DNA of 64,000 nucleotides from Orbicella franksi (Eukaryota): NCBI GenBank assembly GCA_964199315.1, contig OZ116712.1, positions 8,680,001 to 8,744,000 of the forward strand, read 5' to 3'. Shown piece by piece: positions 36,135 to 49,551 of this stretch (position 1 is its first letter; each line of letters starts with the position of its first letter). The notes under the pieces were generated by a model. It saw only the letters and a program-made list of their open reading frames with translations, ran no database searches and was not told where the DNA came from. The position numbers and the translations under genes were made by a program.

Positions 36135-37097
36135 ATGAAGACCGCTGTCCCTCTCCTGTCCTTTGCCGCTGTCGCTTGGTTCTTTCTGAAGGGTAAGATT
36201 TTATATCCAGAGATTTGAAGTTTGTGGCCACTTACGTCTCATCAAGCAGACAAACAAACACTTCGGATGTAAAACTACTTGGATGATTTTAAGTAGTTAA
36301 ATAGTCAGTGATCTAATCAAAAACAGTACGAGTTGTCATCTCTCAGAGGCGGGGATCTTAGAACGCACTTGTTTGTTCAGTATTTTTGGTAGTTTTGCGC
36401 TAGTTTTTAATTGTTTTTCAAACTATTATTACAGTCGCCACCTTATTTTTTATGGTAGTTTCGCATGTGTATGAAAAAATAGTGTCAAATGCCTCCTTTT
36501 AGCGGGGGAACACACGTCGTTATGGTAAATTTTCATTGCAGCGCTCCAAGAATTTCCTCTATTGTTATCCAACCAAACAGCAGCACGGTGAAAGGGTTAG
36601 ACTGGGGGAAAACAAACGTTTGTAGTTGTTGTTTTTCTTGTTGTGATTGTTAATGTTGGTAGTCATGAAGATGACGACGATAACGATGACGATGACGATG
36701 ATGATATTATAGTATATTCTCAATTGACAAGACCTTGCTTCTTGCTGCTGTTACGTTACCTTGATAATTTTGGATAAGCTGATATTTTCCCTCTTTGATA
36801 GGAGAAGCCATCTCCTGTTACCAATGTGACAGAGTGACGTACAATGAGTGCAGACATGGACCTGTCATCAACTGCTCCAGTATATATTTTGACCCGGAGC
36901 GGAACACATTCGGACGAAATTTCGACTGTTGTTTTGTCACCAAACTGAGAGGGATTATAGGGAAAGTGAGCGTCAACTGTGACATAAGCAGTCGACTGCC
37001 CACAGCTCGACACAGTTGTTCAATGCCGAATTGTTTTGTAGAAGCTTGCTTCCAAGACCTTTGTCTGCCAGGCACACCGTTGTCTGGTGGTGATTGA
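36135..37097 (+). CDS. Secreted Ly6/uPAR (three-finger)-like protein, 2 exons (36135..36192, 36802..37097), 117 aa
   Basis: Signal exon MKTAVPLLSFAAVAWFFLK-G|gtaag joins gatag|GA-EAISCYQC in phase 1; 11 Cys ending C-x4-C-x4-C-x4-CL. Confidence 0.8.
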
Positions 37098-37299
37098 TAA
37101 GATATTAACCTGGAATATTGTGATTAGGGTGATTGATAGACATCGAATTTCTCCTTTCACTATTAACGCATGTCAAACATATTGTAGAAATAAAAAGTAA
37201 AAATGGGGAGGTAGCCAGATGTATCATTGTAATCGATACGCTATAATAAAGGATTGACAGTATAGTGACAAGTTTTAAAATATTGTGAAGGTGAATTAA

Positions 37300-37490
37300 T
37301 CAACATGACACGAGCATGGGACAGAGAAAAATTCCGAGTCCCCGACAGGAATCGAACCTATGACCTTCCGAACACCGGGCGGGTGCTCTATCCACTGAGC
37401 TACGAGAACTCATGGACAGCGAAGGCATTTAACTGAGTTCATATATGACAGGTGTCCTGCATACTGCTAGGATCAACGCTATCGAAGTCA
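37300..37490 (-). mobile_element. tRNA-derived SINE-like repeat (tRNA-like head 37407..37339)
   Basis: The minus strand has A-box TAGCTCAGTGG and B-box GGTTCGATTCC, but the acceptor and anticodon stems pair poorly. Confidence 0.7.
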
Positions 37491-37924
37491 AAATAGCGCA
37501 AATGAGTTGCTCCTATTAGAGTGATTTCACAAACTCCGGTTCTTATATGCTAATTAGAATCTTCAATGCTAACGAGTGTGTGCAAAAAGATAAAACTCCC
37601 GTACGTGCGCCTACAACAGGCAAATAAACACGATGTTATTAAACTCTTTTTCATTGAACAGATCTAGATGCAATTTGTGTTCACGATCCAGATGCCGCTT
37701 GGATACGTTCATAACGCTTAACTACAACAACTGCAATATGTCTGTTATTCGATGGCAAGAACAAATAACTCGGATGACTAAGTGCACACGCAAAAACGCG
37801 CCCAAACAAGAACTAATTTCGTTTTAGCGTTCAAAATTACTCTGCGTCTACAGACAGTTCAGTACGTAAATAGAACGTGTGCGCATTTGTGGAGAACTGT
37901 TGAGGTTACGTTTCGCCGTATCTT

Positions 37925-38971
37925 CTAGACTCTTTTGAAGAGTCTCACCCTTCTCTCTGACAACAGAGCAACTAACTCCACGCACACAGGCATGAGCCAG
38001 CGTGGGTGCCGCCAAATCTGGCCTACCGCTTTGTAGGTTTTCATTTCCTTGAAAACGTGTTCTATTTTCACCCTCTTCTTAGACAGGAGCGTGTTAAACC
38101 TTCGCGCTCGCCTTCTGTCCCTGTTATTTAATAAAGGCATCTGGTTAGCTCTTACGGGTGTCAGTAGTGACCCATCATCTGGATACGCCTTATCAGCTAG
38201 AAGCTTTGCATTGGGTGGTAGATCCAAGTTGCGCCCCGGACCAATAGGTTCCATCAGTCGAAAGGAAACTGCATCGTGCGTGCTCCCTAGGAATCCAGCC
38301 TGAACAAAGCGGATATGTCCTTCATTGCCCATCACTAGTTGAGTATTCATACAGTGATAGTGCCGATAGCCACTATAGAACGGCCGCTGTGGTTCAATTA
38401 GAGGTCGATAGATCTCATGTGGTGTGGTGTCTATTGCACCCACTACATTAGGAAATTCTTCCCAATTTCCCATAAGATTTCTCCATTCATGGAGACGGGG
38501 CCAACTTATTTGAATTTGAAAGTAGCGCCAAAGTTCTGGAAGAACTTTGTAGACAATGCGGACAACAGATGACGGATCAATGTCAAACCAAAGAGAGAGT
38601 GTGTCCACATGGGGATATTTCCGTAACCAAATAATCGTAAGTAGAACTTGGTTGATTAAGGTTATTTTCTGGCGGCGTTGGGTAATGCGAGGCTGTCCAC
38701 ATACGGTTAAACTGGAAAGAGAGGGTAAAATATCCAAGGCTAGCCTCAAAAACGAACCCGGCGTCTCGCCAGTGTTTCTCCAAAACAACCATGCTTGTCC
38801 TGATGTTTGGGAAAATACGTCACGACCATAAAAAGTACATCCACGAAAATCCGGAAATAAACGCTGCCGCAAAGGAAACGTACCATCGTCTAATGGAGGC
38901 TGTACAGTTATTAAAAGCAACACTAATGCCAAAATATTCAACACCACCGCTTGGATCTCTTGTACGTCCAT
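37925..38971 (-). CDS. Harbinger (HARBI1-like, DDE_Tnp_4) transposase, 348 aa
   Basis: HTH segment TLSLWFDIDPSSVVRIV; GAIDTTPH, GSTHD, LLADKAYP, and KRVKIEHVF. Confidence 0.92.
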   Translation of the reverse strand: MDVQEIQAVVLNILALVLLLITVQPPLDDGTFPLRQRLFPDFRGCTFYGRDVFSQTSGQAWLFWRNTGETPGSFLRLALDILPSLSSLTVCGQPRITQRRQKITLINQVLLTIIWLRKYPHVDTLSLWFDIDPSSVVRIVYKVLPELWRYFQIQISWPRLHEWRNLMGNWEEFPNVVGAIDTTPHEIYRPLIEPQRPFYSGYRHYHCMNTQLVMGNEGHIRFVQAGFLGSTHDAVSFRLMEPIGPGRNLDLPPNAKLLADKAYPDDGSLLTPVRANQMPLLNNRDRRRARRFNTLLSKKRVKIEHVFKEMKTYKAVGQIWRHPRWLMPVCVELVALLSERRVRLFKRV

Positions 38972-39166
38972 TTTTATTTACAACAGTGATTCCAAGGTAG
39001 ATTTAATTGCGGATTTGAGAAAGTTTAATTACGCTATTGTTTGTCAGTTTGAAACTGGTTAAATAATATCAAAGAATTTGCATATTTTACACGTACACAA
39101 ATTTAAAACATCATTTTGCGCTGACAGTCATCCTTTTAGGAAGTGCCAAGCAAGGCTTTTCTCAAA

Positions 39167-39933
39167 ATGTCAAATTTATGGCGCCCATGGGAGGCAGAAG
39201 AAGAAGAGTCGGTACGTTCTGAAAATAACCAGGATAAAGGTAACAGCTTCAGCTGGTATTGCTTATAAAAGTTTTGACACAAGGACGACTAGAAACTAAA
39301 TAAAATTCCCATTCCAGCCCAGAACCAATTTTCTAAAGGCCTTTCTTCCTTTCGCCTGATTCTTCAAACAGGTGCTCAAAGGAAACGCGTTTCTATCGGA
39401 GAAAATGAAAAACGCTTCATCGTGGAATCTTATAACCTCTGCCACGGCAAGGACTGGAAAGAGGTGTTGCTCTTTGCCAAACAAAGAGTCATTGAGGCAG
39501 GACTGCCTGACCACGTTGTGAGGATGTATCTGGAACAATCAACAGATCGCTTGACGGGGAGAATGCGCAACATAATTAAGAATGCTTTGCGATCGCCTCA
39601 ACCTGCCACCCAGCCACCCAGCCAGCAACGTCGACAGGTCTAGACGAAACGCCTGCCTTGATAGCTAGGCAAACAAAGTATTCCACACTGATGACTCCAA
39701 GTCAACGAAAAGCGGAAGCTGTTAAAAGAAAGCTTGACAATGAATTGGTCGCTTCATCATTGGATAGTTCAGGAGAAGAGAATGGTAGGCACGAGGAGAA
39801 GAAGCGAAAGATTGATCACGCAAAGGAAGCACAACTTGCCCATCAAAAAATGTGTCAGAAAGCCATGGACACTATGAACAATGTGAACGACTTGCTCACA
39901 AAAGTGAATAACTATTTAGACAAGACCAAATAA
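39167..39933 (+). pseudogene. Harbinger Myb/SANT-like partner gene (exons 39167..39239, 39372..39933), frameshifted by an 8-bp duplication
   Basis: Phase-1 GT-AG intron; Myb-like KRVSIGENEKRFIVESY...DWKEV and a coiled-coil-like C-terminus. CCCAGCCA is duplicated at 39609-39624; removing one copy fuses the two ORFs. Confidence 0.72.
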
Positions 39934-40189
39934 GGAAGAAAAAAAACCATGTTTTCGCTCCATATTTAATTGACCTGTTTAGGGTTTGTTTAATGCATTT
40001 TGACCACGAAAATATGGTTCCTGTTTGAGCCTGTTTTGCTCGGTGCATATAGCTAAGCTTTCTAAATCGGTTCAAGGTTCAAGATTGTAATGAGATCGAC
40101 AGCGCTTCTGTTCGATAAAAAGAGATTAAAACGTTGGAAGCATTGTTGTTTGTGTTTGCGGGAAACCACCTCGAAATTCAGGAACCGTC

Positions 40190-40964
40190 GGGGCGCTTAC
40201 CATTCGGCCAAAAATTCCGAAATTTTCGAAACGGGGTCAAATGGTAAGGAAATTTCCTAGGAAAAGTTCCAGAAAATCCGGAAATTGTTGAATTTCCGAA
40301 AAGTGAACCATTCAACCGAAAATTCCGGAAATTCCGGGATGAAAATCAAATGGAACGGATATTTCCAGGAAAATATGATCGCAAATTTGGGTATACCTCA
40401 CGAGGTTGTCCTCTTTTTCGGAAATTATGCAAATTCGCGATTTTCTATTCAGCGCTAGTTCTTTTGGCCGCGATTACAGCGAGTTGGACATCTCACGCAA
40501 GGATGACGGCGACGCGTATTCAAAAATGGAAATACTTTAGAATCATTTCACTTATATGTCGATAAATACTAGCTGCAGCTAAATTCGTGAAGAAAGCGTG
40601 TTATAAAAATGATACCCCCGTAGTGTACTTGTTTGTTTTGCGTAGGCTGGCTAGGAAATGTACAAAGATTTATAACGCGTGCAGAACCATTGTACGACTC
40701 ATTAAACCCTTTGTTTTGCGAGTTTTTCGCTGCCGTTGTGGTTTGTATAAGGTCCCTGCCGTGGTCTATAAAAAGTCGCGACATGGACATATCAGTGTTC
40801 TGTTTGCTTCTATATTTGCGATTTAAACCTCGAAGTCATTGAAATATTCCAAGCGAACAAAACTGTGCCGCTTGTCGTTTTCCACACTGGAAAGTCTGTA
40901 CCATTCGCCCATGGAAATTTCCGGAAATTCACACCGGAATTTTTGGTCGAATGGAAAGCGCCCC
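40190..40964. mobile_element. MITE nested in the Harbinger element
   Basis: TIRs GGGGCGCTTACCATTCGGCCAAAAATTCCG / CCGGAATTTTTGGTCGAATGGAAAGCGCCCC. Confidence 0.75.
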
Positions 40965-42324
40965 GTGTATTTAAGAACGTGCTGGCTCTACTGCTCTTGC
41001 ACATTAGCATTTAAGGATTTTAATTAGCATATAAGAATCGGGGTTTGTGAAATCACTCTTATCACAAGACCAATTTTCCATTTGCATGCATGAGGAAATG
41101 CATCATAAACAACACATGTAAGAGCACACGATGACGGTTCTGCCTATCACAATACCTGATTTATTATAATTAACAACATAGTGCACCGTCATTGGTTGAC
41201 ATGGACTGAATATTACCATCACTGCACAATAGGTTTTAAGCTTTTACATACGAACAATAGAAATGCTAACTTTTAAATCTGCAAAGTCTGCTTCAAGGCG
41301 ATAGCTATACATGTTACATCAACGCGTGATTCCAGTTTTACGTGAAAATTTCGAAATAACTAAATAAGAATTGGAACCAAGAAACAAGTGAAGACTGAAG
41401 AGCACAGTAGTGAAATATCCTGCATGGGTCCTTCATTTTAAATTTTCCGTGTTGCCGTATATCTAAAATAGAACAGATTATTGATTAGACCAATACGTAG
41501 TTTTCGTCACCTTAAGAGAAAGAGGTGTGATAGACAAATGATAACAAACCTGAAAACGAGCAATACAATGCACTTTGCACAAGATGCATCGGACAAATCA
41601 TACATACAAATACACTGAACAAACTAAAACATCTTGTCAATAAAAACAAGAATGACAAACAAGAAGATCTTGCCAATAAATCAATACAAATGTTATCAGG
41701 TCATCAAATCAGGCGAATAAACAATAATTGAAAGGTTCAGCATTATGACGACACAAAGCACAAGCACCTACGACAAAACAGAAAGGAAATAAACAATGAC
41801 ACATCCTGGAAAGACACATTACACCAAAACAGTGAAAAACAAAAGCACTGGCACAAGACGAAGAAGACATAGGAAACAATATAAACATCAATGCAAGAAA
41901 AAAATGACACAGACTGCGTTGATAGAATGCATAGAAAAAAATCTACTGCTGTAAGATTCACCACAAACCGAGGAGAAAGATGCACCACACAAAAAAATTA
42001 ACTACGTCAGTACTGCCATGAGGATACAGAAAAAAAACAAACACAAACATCAACACAAGAACACAAAACATCAGTGACATAGGACAAAAAGACAGTTAAC
42101 TTATGAGCACTGACACAAGACATTATAAAAATCAAAACACGATGACAATCATGACGCAGGACAGTAAAAGACATGACATGAACACAGACACGAGAAACAA
42201 CATAAACACACCACAATAAAAAAAATTGAAGATTGTAAAAACTTCAGAAGTGACAACGACAGAGACATAAAAAGACAGTAAAAACGCGAGCGCTGCCACA
42301 AGACATAAAAAGCAATAACAACAA

Positions 42325-43865
42325 AAAACAAAATAATTATCAACACAAGACAGCAATGGCACAGGGCATAAGGACATTTAAAACGTGAAACAATGACACA
42401 AGACATAAAACGACATAATTAGCAACACACGACAGCACTGGAACAGGACACAGGCATCAAAAACATGAAACACTGACACAAGACATAGAAAACAACATAA
42501 TTATCAACACAAGACAGCAATAGCACAGGAGACAAAGACATTAAAAACATAAACACAGACAAAAGACAAAACAACATAATTATCAACACAAGACAACAAT
42601 GACACAGGACACAGAAACATTAAAACATAAAGACATAAAACAACACAATTATCAACACAAGATAACAGTGACACAGGACACAAAGACATTAAAAACATGA
42701 AACACTGACACAAGACATAGAAAACAACATAATTATCAACACAAGACAACAATGACACGGGACATAAAGACATTAGAAACATGAAACAGTGACACAACAC
42801 ATAAAACAACATAATTATCAACACAAGACAACAATTACACAGGACACAAAGACATTAAAAACATGAAACATTGACACAAGACAAAAAACAACATAATTAT
42901 CAACACAAGGCAACAATTACACAGGACACAAAGACATTAAAAACATGAAACATTGACACAAGACAAAAAACAACATAATTATCAACACAAGGCAACAATG
43001 ACACTTGACACAAAGACATCAAAAGTATGAAACACTGACACAAGACAAAAACAACGTTATTATCAACACAAGACAACAATGACACAGGACAAAGAGACAT
43101 TAAAAACATGAAACACGGACACAAGACATAGAAAACAACATAATTATCAACACAAGACAACAATGACACAGGACGCACAGATATTAAAAACATGAAACAC
43201 TGACACAAGACATAAAAGCAATACAATTACCAACACAAGACATCAATGACACAGGACACAAAGATATCAAAAATATGAAACACTGACACAAAACAAAAAA
43301 CAACATAATTATCAACACAAGGCAACAATGACACTGGACACAAAGACATCAAAAGTATGAAACGCTGACACGTGCAAGACAAAAGCAACGTAATTATCAA
43401 CACAAGACAACAATGACACAGGACAAAGAGACATTAAAAACATGAAACACTGACACAAGACATAGAAAACAACATAATTATCAACACAAGACAACAATAA
43501 CACAGGACACAGAGACATTAAAAACATGAAACACTGACACAAGACATAAAAACAACATAATTATGGACACACGACAACAATGACACAGGACATAAAGACA
43601 TTAAAAACATGAAATACTGACACAAGACGTAAAAAACAACATAATTATCAACACAACGCAACAGTGACACAGGACACACAGATATTAAAAACATGAAACA
43701 CTGACAAAATACTTAAAAACAATATAATTATCGACACAAGACAACAATGACACAGGACACAAAGTCATCAAAAATATGAAACACTGACACAAGACAAAAA
43801 CAACATAATTATCAACATAAGACAACAATGACACAGGACACAAAGACATTAAAAACATGAAACAC
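42325..43865 (+). repeat. Tandem array of ~19 units of ~80-84 bp, A/C-rich
   Basis: Consensus ~AACAACATAATTATCAACACAAGACAACAATGACACAGGACACAAAGACATTAAAAACATGAAACACTGACACAAGACATA(G)AA; degenerate A/C-rich sequence continues left to ~41520. Confidence 0.92.
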
Positions 43866-46800
43866 AAACAGTAAAAACACGCAACTTGTACGAGACGTCC
43901 GGCAACACTATAGACACCGCCACAAGGTACAAGACACGCCATAGGACACAATAGGAAGTTATAAAACATGAGCACTAATAGAAGACATACACAGCAATTT
44001 TTAACATCATCACAAGATTAACGCCGAACTTAGAGACAATGAAAAATATGAGCACCGTTTGAGGAGATAGAGAACACAGACCTGAAGTGGACTTTAACCC
44101 GCTAGTATTCTAAGATGAAAATAGCTAACAAAAGAAATGCGCACTATAGCTATGCGAAATAAATTGGCATTGATATAAAGCACATAAAAATTGCACGTCA
44201 TGTGACGGAAGAATATAAAACTACAACCGAGGTAATTTTCCTCGGTGAAGATTGCGTGGTAAACTGACGAAAAGAAAGAAACTTGGGACACGTTTGGCAG
44301 GTATACATACATACACGTCACTAGACACAGAGCAACAACCACAAACATTTATACAGTACACAACACATTCATACACACGTTTAACTACAAGTTTATTCTA
44401 AACGGAGGTCACAACACAAAACAAACAAGACAATAAAACGTAAGTAGTTGGTATAACACATACCACTTAATCAATTAAAGAAACGTATAAGTTACCATAC
44501 ATTTTCTCTGCAAACCGGTGAACACTGCAAAATGTTCACCAGTTTATACGATCTCATACGCAAATTGCCCGAAGATACAGGAACTCCTGGTTGGGAATCG
44601 TGTGCAACTCGGTTTTTAAAACTGCAAATTACTTCTGGCTAAGGGATATGATTCATTTCAATACCACGTGTCATTACTAAGGCGGGTGTTGCGTCTTTCT
44701 CGGGGTAATTCACTATAACGTATGTCACGCCAATTAACTAATTTTTGCCTTTTACTTCCTGGTAAAAGTCACACCCTATTCTGGAATAGATCGCGAAAAT
44801 CATTTTTTTAAACTTTTTCAGACAAAAACAAGTTTAAAATCATATCCTTCAGGGTGGTAAACAGGAATGCCCAATTCCCACAGCTCGGGCAAATTGCTGC
44901 ATCAAACGTAGTGCGCGTCAGAACTACATGACAAGTGTTATACGTATCTGCGTTTCCTCAGTTTCGTCCTCTGTAGCGTCGTCTCGTTAACTTTAACTCA
45001 GAAGTAAGTGTGCGTGTGTCTGTTGATCGTTTACCGTCAGGTCTGTCCAAGAAGTTTGTCTGGTTATTGAATCAAGTCATTCAAACACTCTAGTCAGTTA
45101 CTGGCTGCTGATAATTTTCGTCGTGAGGCGTCAATCGAAACTGAATCCAAGTTTGTTTGTTTCATCCGTCTGTCTCGGTACGTCACGTCAGATTTATAAA
45201 AAGTCGTTACCTAAAAGTAAAAAAGCATTCTCTGAAGGTAAACTAACTGTAAGCCATTAAAGCCCATTTGGTTTGTAGCTCTCGGCGCAAAACGACCTGG
45301 GAGTATTTCTTCCCTTCCCTCTAGATGGGTTGCTAGTAGTAGCAGATTACTCCCCAGTATTAGAGGTTTCTCCAGCCATTTGTACTGAGTGAAGGGAATC
45401 CGCCGCAGAAACCATAAGGCGACCGTTCCTCCCACCGAGTTAATGTTGAACAAATCGATTTTAGCAAAAAAAAAAATTATTACTTTAGTAAGACTTTCAA
45501 TATATCCATCATGTGTTGTGGACACAACGAATTGTCTCTCAACACCAGTGTAGGAAAGAAGTCTTATATTAAACTTTAAACTAAAAGTAAATGGGCTGCC
45601 TCAGTTATTGAGACCTGAAGGAAAATGGTTTTAGTTAGACGTTTCTGTTTCTATTCTATGGTGTTAAATTTAAACAAAATTGTACTTTTACAAAGATACC
45701 CAGAATTCATAATACAATACAGACCTTTGTTGTTTATCTCCGAGTAAGCACACCGGGTTCCAGATCATGTTATGGAATGGGCTAATTCATTTTCCCGGCT
45801 TTTTCACCCGCCACCCGCCTTGGACGACGCCAAAATCTTGCGGGCCCAGTCTTCGCACGGTCAGTTTATCCACTCATTTTTATGGCTCTGAATAAAAGAA
45901 AGAAATATCAAAAAAATTGCTCAGCCAGGGAATCATGGTTGTCTAGAAAACGTATCATAGATATTATAAGAATCGCAATTATATTTTGGGGGTATTTTTG
46001 GTGATTAACGTACCGGTTAAAATGATAACACAAATTTGTCTTGCCAAAATTGATCGTTGTCTATGAAACCCAAATAAAACTAAGATTGGTCCGTTTTCCA
46101 TATCTTGCTCAGCGAGATGATATGTTTTCAATTTCAGCACTAACAATGATCAAGAACTACTTTCCTTTGAAACAAATATCATGAAAACTAAATCTATTAA
46201 ATGCGTGAGAATTATGGAAACGATCATCAAGGGTAGAATAAACTTCTTATCAGATTGTGATCAAATTCTCTTGGCTAGTGCGATAAGAAACATGATGCAT
46301 CCAGACAAGTAAAAGGAATTTACCTTTGCATTTTGCAAAAGGTTGAAAGATTCTCTCTATCAGTTCCGAATAGTTGCCATTTAGACCGAGAAAAGAATCA
46401 AACTTAATCCTGAATCACCAAGAAAATTGCATTCTAGCTTTAACAAATTAAGAATCAAATATATCATCAAGTCAAAATTATGTTCTTCTTAGTAAACTGT
46501 ACCTTACGTTTCTAATCTTGGCAAAGTCTTCAAGATTGCGTTTCTCACAGGAAAATTCCTCCTTTTGATTTTGCTTGACTCCATTTTTCGCCATCCTGTT
46601 ATGAATTAATGGATCCTTTTCAAGTTCACCAATCTTAACGGCACTTCTACAAAAAGTGATTTGCCGAGTCCGTGAATAACTATCTGTTATGAACTTTAAG
46701 TCCGCCACACCTTTAATTAAACAACTTCACAACCGGGCGACGTCGTGTAGATTTAAAAAATCGCTGCGCTTGATTGGCCATCGTGAAAACCTTGATAGTT

Positions 46801-48504
46801 TCGTGATATCCAAGAATGCTAGTGAGATGAATCCCCGGTTCAAGTCAATTATCTTTTTATAAATGTGATGGACACCAGTTACCAAGGTAACGCACAAGTG
46901 ATTATTTGATGTCATGCACTTGTTAAACCTGTCAGAGCCACCCGTTTTGTGGATTCTGTTATCGCAGGTTCTTGAAGCATAAAAGTCTAGCCTTGTAGCT
47001 TAGTTGAAGCCATTCTCAGGACAAAAAGTATTTAATAACCTTCCTTCGGTTGACAATTTTCGGTTGTCCTTAAAATTAGGACAAGTTATCGAGGCGGTCA
47101 AGGGATCCATGCAGCTTTAACGAGGGTGTAGAAGTCAAGGATTTGTCAACAAGGACATTGTGAGTTCAATGTGAATATTATTGTAGTGAATTATAACAAG
47201 TGATTTTTGTCAAGCAATATCGATGTGTAGTTAAGAGTGTTTTGAGGTGAATAATCGAAAGCTTAAGATCTCCTAATTCAGTAGATTTCAGGACGTAAAA
47301 GGCCAGGTGTGTTTAATCGCCAAGTGAGGGCCATTTTGTTCGTCAAGTTACTGTTACATACAGTCAAAATGTTGGCGTTGCCCGGGAACTTCAGTTTGTT
47401 ATGACGGTGCTCTTCGTGATATATTCATATCTTCGACAGAAGCTTTTTTTTCCTTCTTCGCATTCAGTACAAAGGACGTATATTGGTATGATGTGAGATT
47501 TCATTTGCCTCTTGTTTTATTCAATCTTTAATCTTAAAATTTCCGACATCACTCGCTATTTTAGCTGATGCTGTTTCTAAAAATCAAACCTCTTGACATT
47601 TCAAGGAGTATAAAGCACTTCCCTCGTATCATTATAATTAGAAAGCCCTTCTATATTGCGTCTTTCTGGAACGCGATCCTGCTTGAAAACTGGCGTTCCG
47701 CTCACTTAGGGTTGGCTGCCTTGGTATCGTTGCCGCTCACATTGGAGTCATCATACACCTCCTGTAACAAACCCAATTATGGAATCGCACCGGTTGCAAT
47801 TGTTTGTGTCAATAAAGTGAATCAGAAGCCTTGCATGTTTAAGTCATGTCGGGGCCACCACAATGTTACAACTATTGTTACGACGTGAACACTTGAATAA
47901 CATCTGATTCATTTTATTGTAGATGAACTAGAATTACATGTCGCGCGTATTGTGACGTAGATGATTTATGACAGTTTCCGTCGTTGGCAATGATACCATT
48001 TCTTTGGAGAGTTTAACGGTGCCTAAAGCGACATTGATTCCTCCTTTGTTATTGTTGGTTTGCAAGATGGTCCGAGTACCAATCAGCTTCTTGTATTTGT
48101 TTCGATCCAGTGAGGTGGTGCGTATTTCCCTTCCCTCGTCAGTCTGAGAGTTTCTCTGCTTAATCGAGCTGATAGCCGACATATCTTGGAGAAGAGTGCG
48201 CTCCAGTAGCTTGGTGATCCCCCTGGGGTTGGGTGGATGGTCTCGTGCGAGCAAAGCCAGTTTTTACCTCCACTGATTTTTAATACGGTCTTATCAGTCC
48301 GAAACTTTGAATTGTATTGGAAGGTACGCTAGAAATTGGAAAAATATGAAATATTACTTTATTTTAAATTTCACTCTCCTTATTTTCTATGACCAAGGTA
48401 ATTAAGTTTTTAGCTTGATCTCGGATAGATTAAACTGTTCTGCAACCCTAAGGGTAGATAACAAAATGTTCTACCTGTGTGCACGGTCAGGGTTCATCCC
48501 CCGT

Positions 48505-48830
48505 TGACTTACTTGACTTAAACCCTTTCACCCTTTGGGGGACGTAGGTCCTTAAGGAAGTCTCTCCATCCCCCTGTCTTGTGACTGTCTCTCCAACTGT
48601 TGCCAGTTGAAGCCTGCCTCCCTCATCTCCCCCTCCATTGACCATCGCCAACTGTTCCTTGGCCTGCCTCTCTTCCGCTTATCCTGTGGGCTCCATCTCA
48701 AGGCCTGCTAGGTGGTATTGGTATTTGGTTTGCGCAAAGTGTGACCCAGCCAACCCCGGCGTCTTCTCTTGATCTGCAATTCCATTTTCTCTCTTTCTGT
48801 TCATACCCCATTACTACATCCAAAGTCTCC
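48505..48830 (-). mobile_element. 3' fragment of an RTE-clade LINE
   Basis: Minus-strand translation QIKRRRRGWLGHTLRKP...QALRWSPQDKRKRGRPRNSW...WQQLERQSQDR, followed by a TAAGTCAAG short-repeat tail. Confidence 0.8.
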
Positions 48831-49551
48831 CACAGGACAATAACCTGGAATCACCTCAGTTTTAAAATTGAGTGTGTAGACCACTAAAATTATTCATTTT
48901 TAAGCTGTCGCGGAAAAAAAAATGAAGTTAGTCACAAGTAACTCAAAAATTCTAATAATAACGCGAGAGGGTTTATTTTGTACACTGCGTTTTTAATGGA
49001 AGGGAAAAGTGGTGCGTATAATCGGATGAAATTTTGAGTTTCAAAAACAGTGAAGTTTATATTTGGAAAGAATCTTAGGGTCATATAAGAGCAACCTACA
49101 CAATGTTGACCACGATGATCAACTACACTGTAATCATAATGACATAAAACCTACGGTAATCAAATGATTTTAAACGGATATCAACAGCTTTACAGCAAAG
49201 GTGTTAACCTTTGGTAGAAATTTACTGGTTTTTTGAAGAACTAAATCTTAACGTAACTATGGGCTTACATCAGGAGGACGTGAGAGCTTTTTGCAGTTTT
49301 AAGCAATGCAATAGGAGTGAAAGTGATCATTAACACTTTCTCTCACTCGGTACGGGTACAATTACATGTAACATCTTGTTCTGTCCAGAACAGTGAACCG
49401 AGGTCTCTCAGTATCAAAGTTATGTGGCAAAAGTAAGATATAAATCCAGCAGAGGACAGTGTGTAATTACCGTTCCTATCTGACCTAGTATTTTGGTCTT
49501 TATGATTGTTCTTTTGCAAGTTCTCGTTGGAAACTCGATGAGATGGAGAGG

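Larger units (their letters stand above)
37519..41058. mobile_element. PIF/Harbinger DNA transposon with two divergent genes
   Basis: TIRs of ~55 bp (GAGTGATTTCACAAAC.CCG.TTCTTATATGCTAATTA...) and TTA TSD at 37516-37518 and 41059-41061. Confidence 0.9.

Noticed and set aside
37339-37407. Functional tRNA gene
   Set aside because: A and B boxes are present but the acceptor and anticodon stems pair poorly, and the flanks are SINE-like.
42007-43975. Cys/Val/Phe-rich minus-strand ORFs, or the array as a CRISPR
   Set aside because: The ORFs are translations of a TG-rich tandem repeat; units are contiguous with no unique spacers, and the context is eukaryotic.
45181-45202. Two CRE half-sites next to TATAAAAA as a promoter
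   Set aside because: No downstream gene could be identified, and the spacing is very tight.
46700-48260. Highly degenerate LINE RT/endonuclease remnant on the minus strand
   Set aside because: Only a faint resemblance (FISLAFLDITK); too decayed to support a call.
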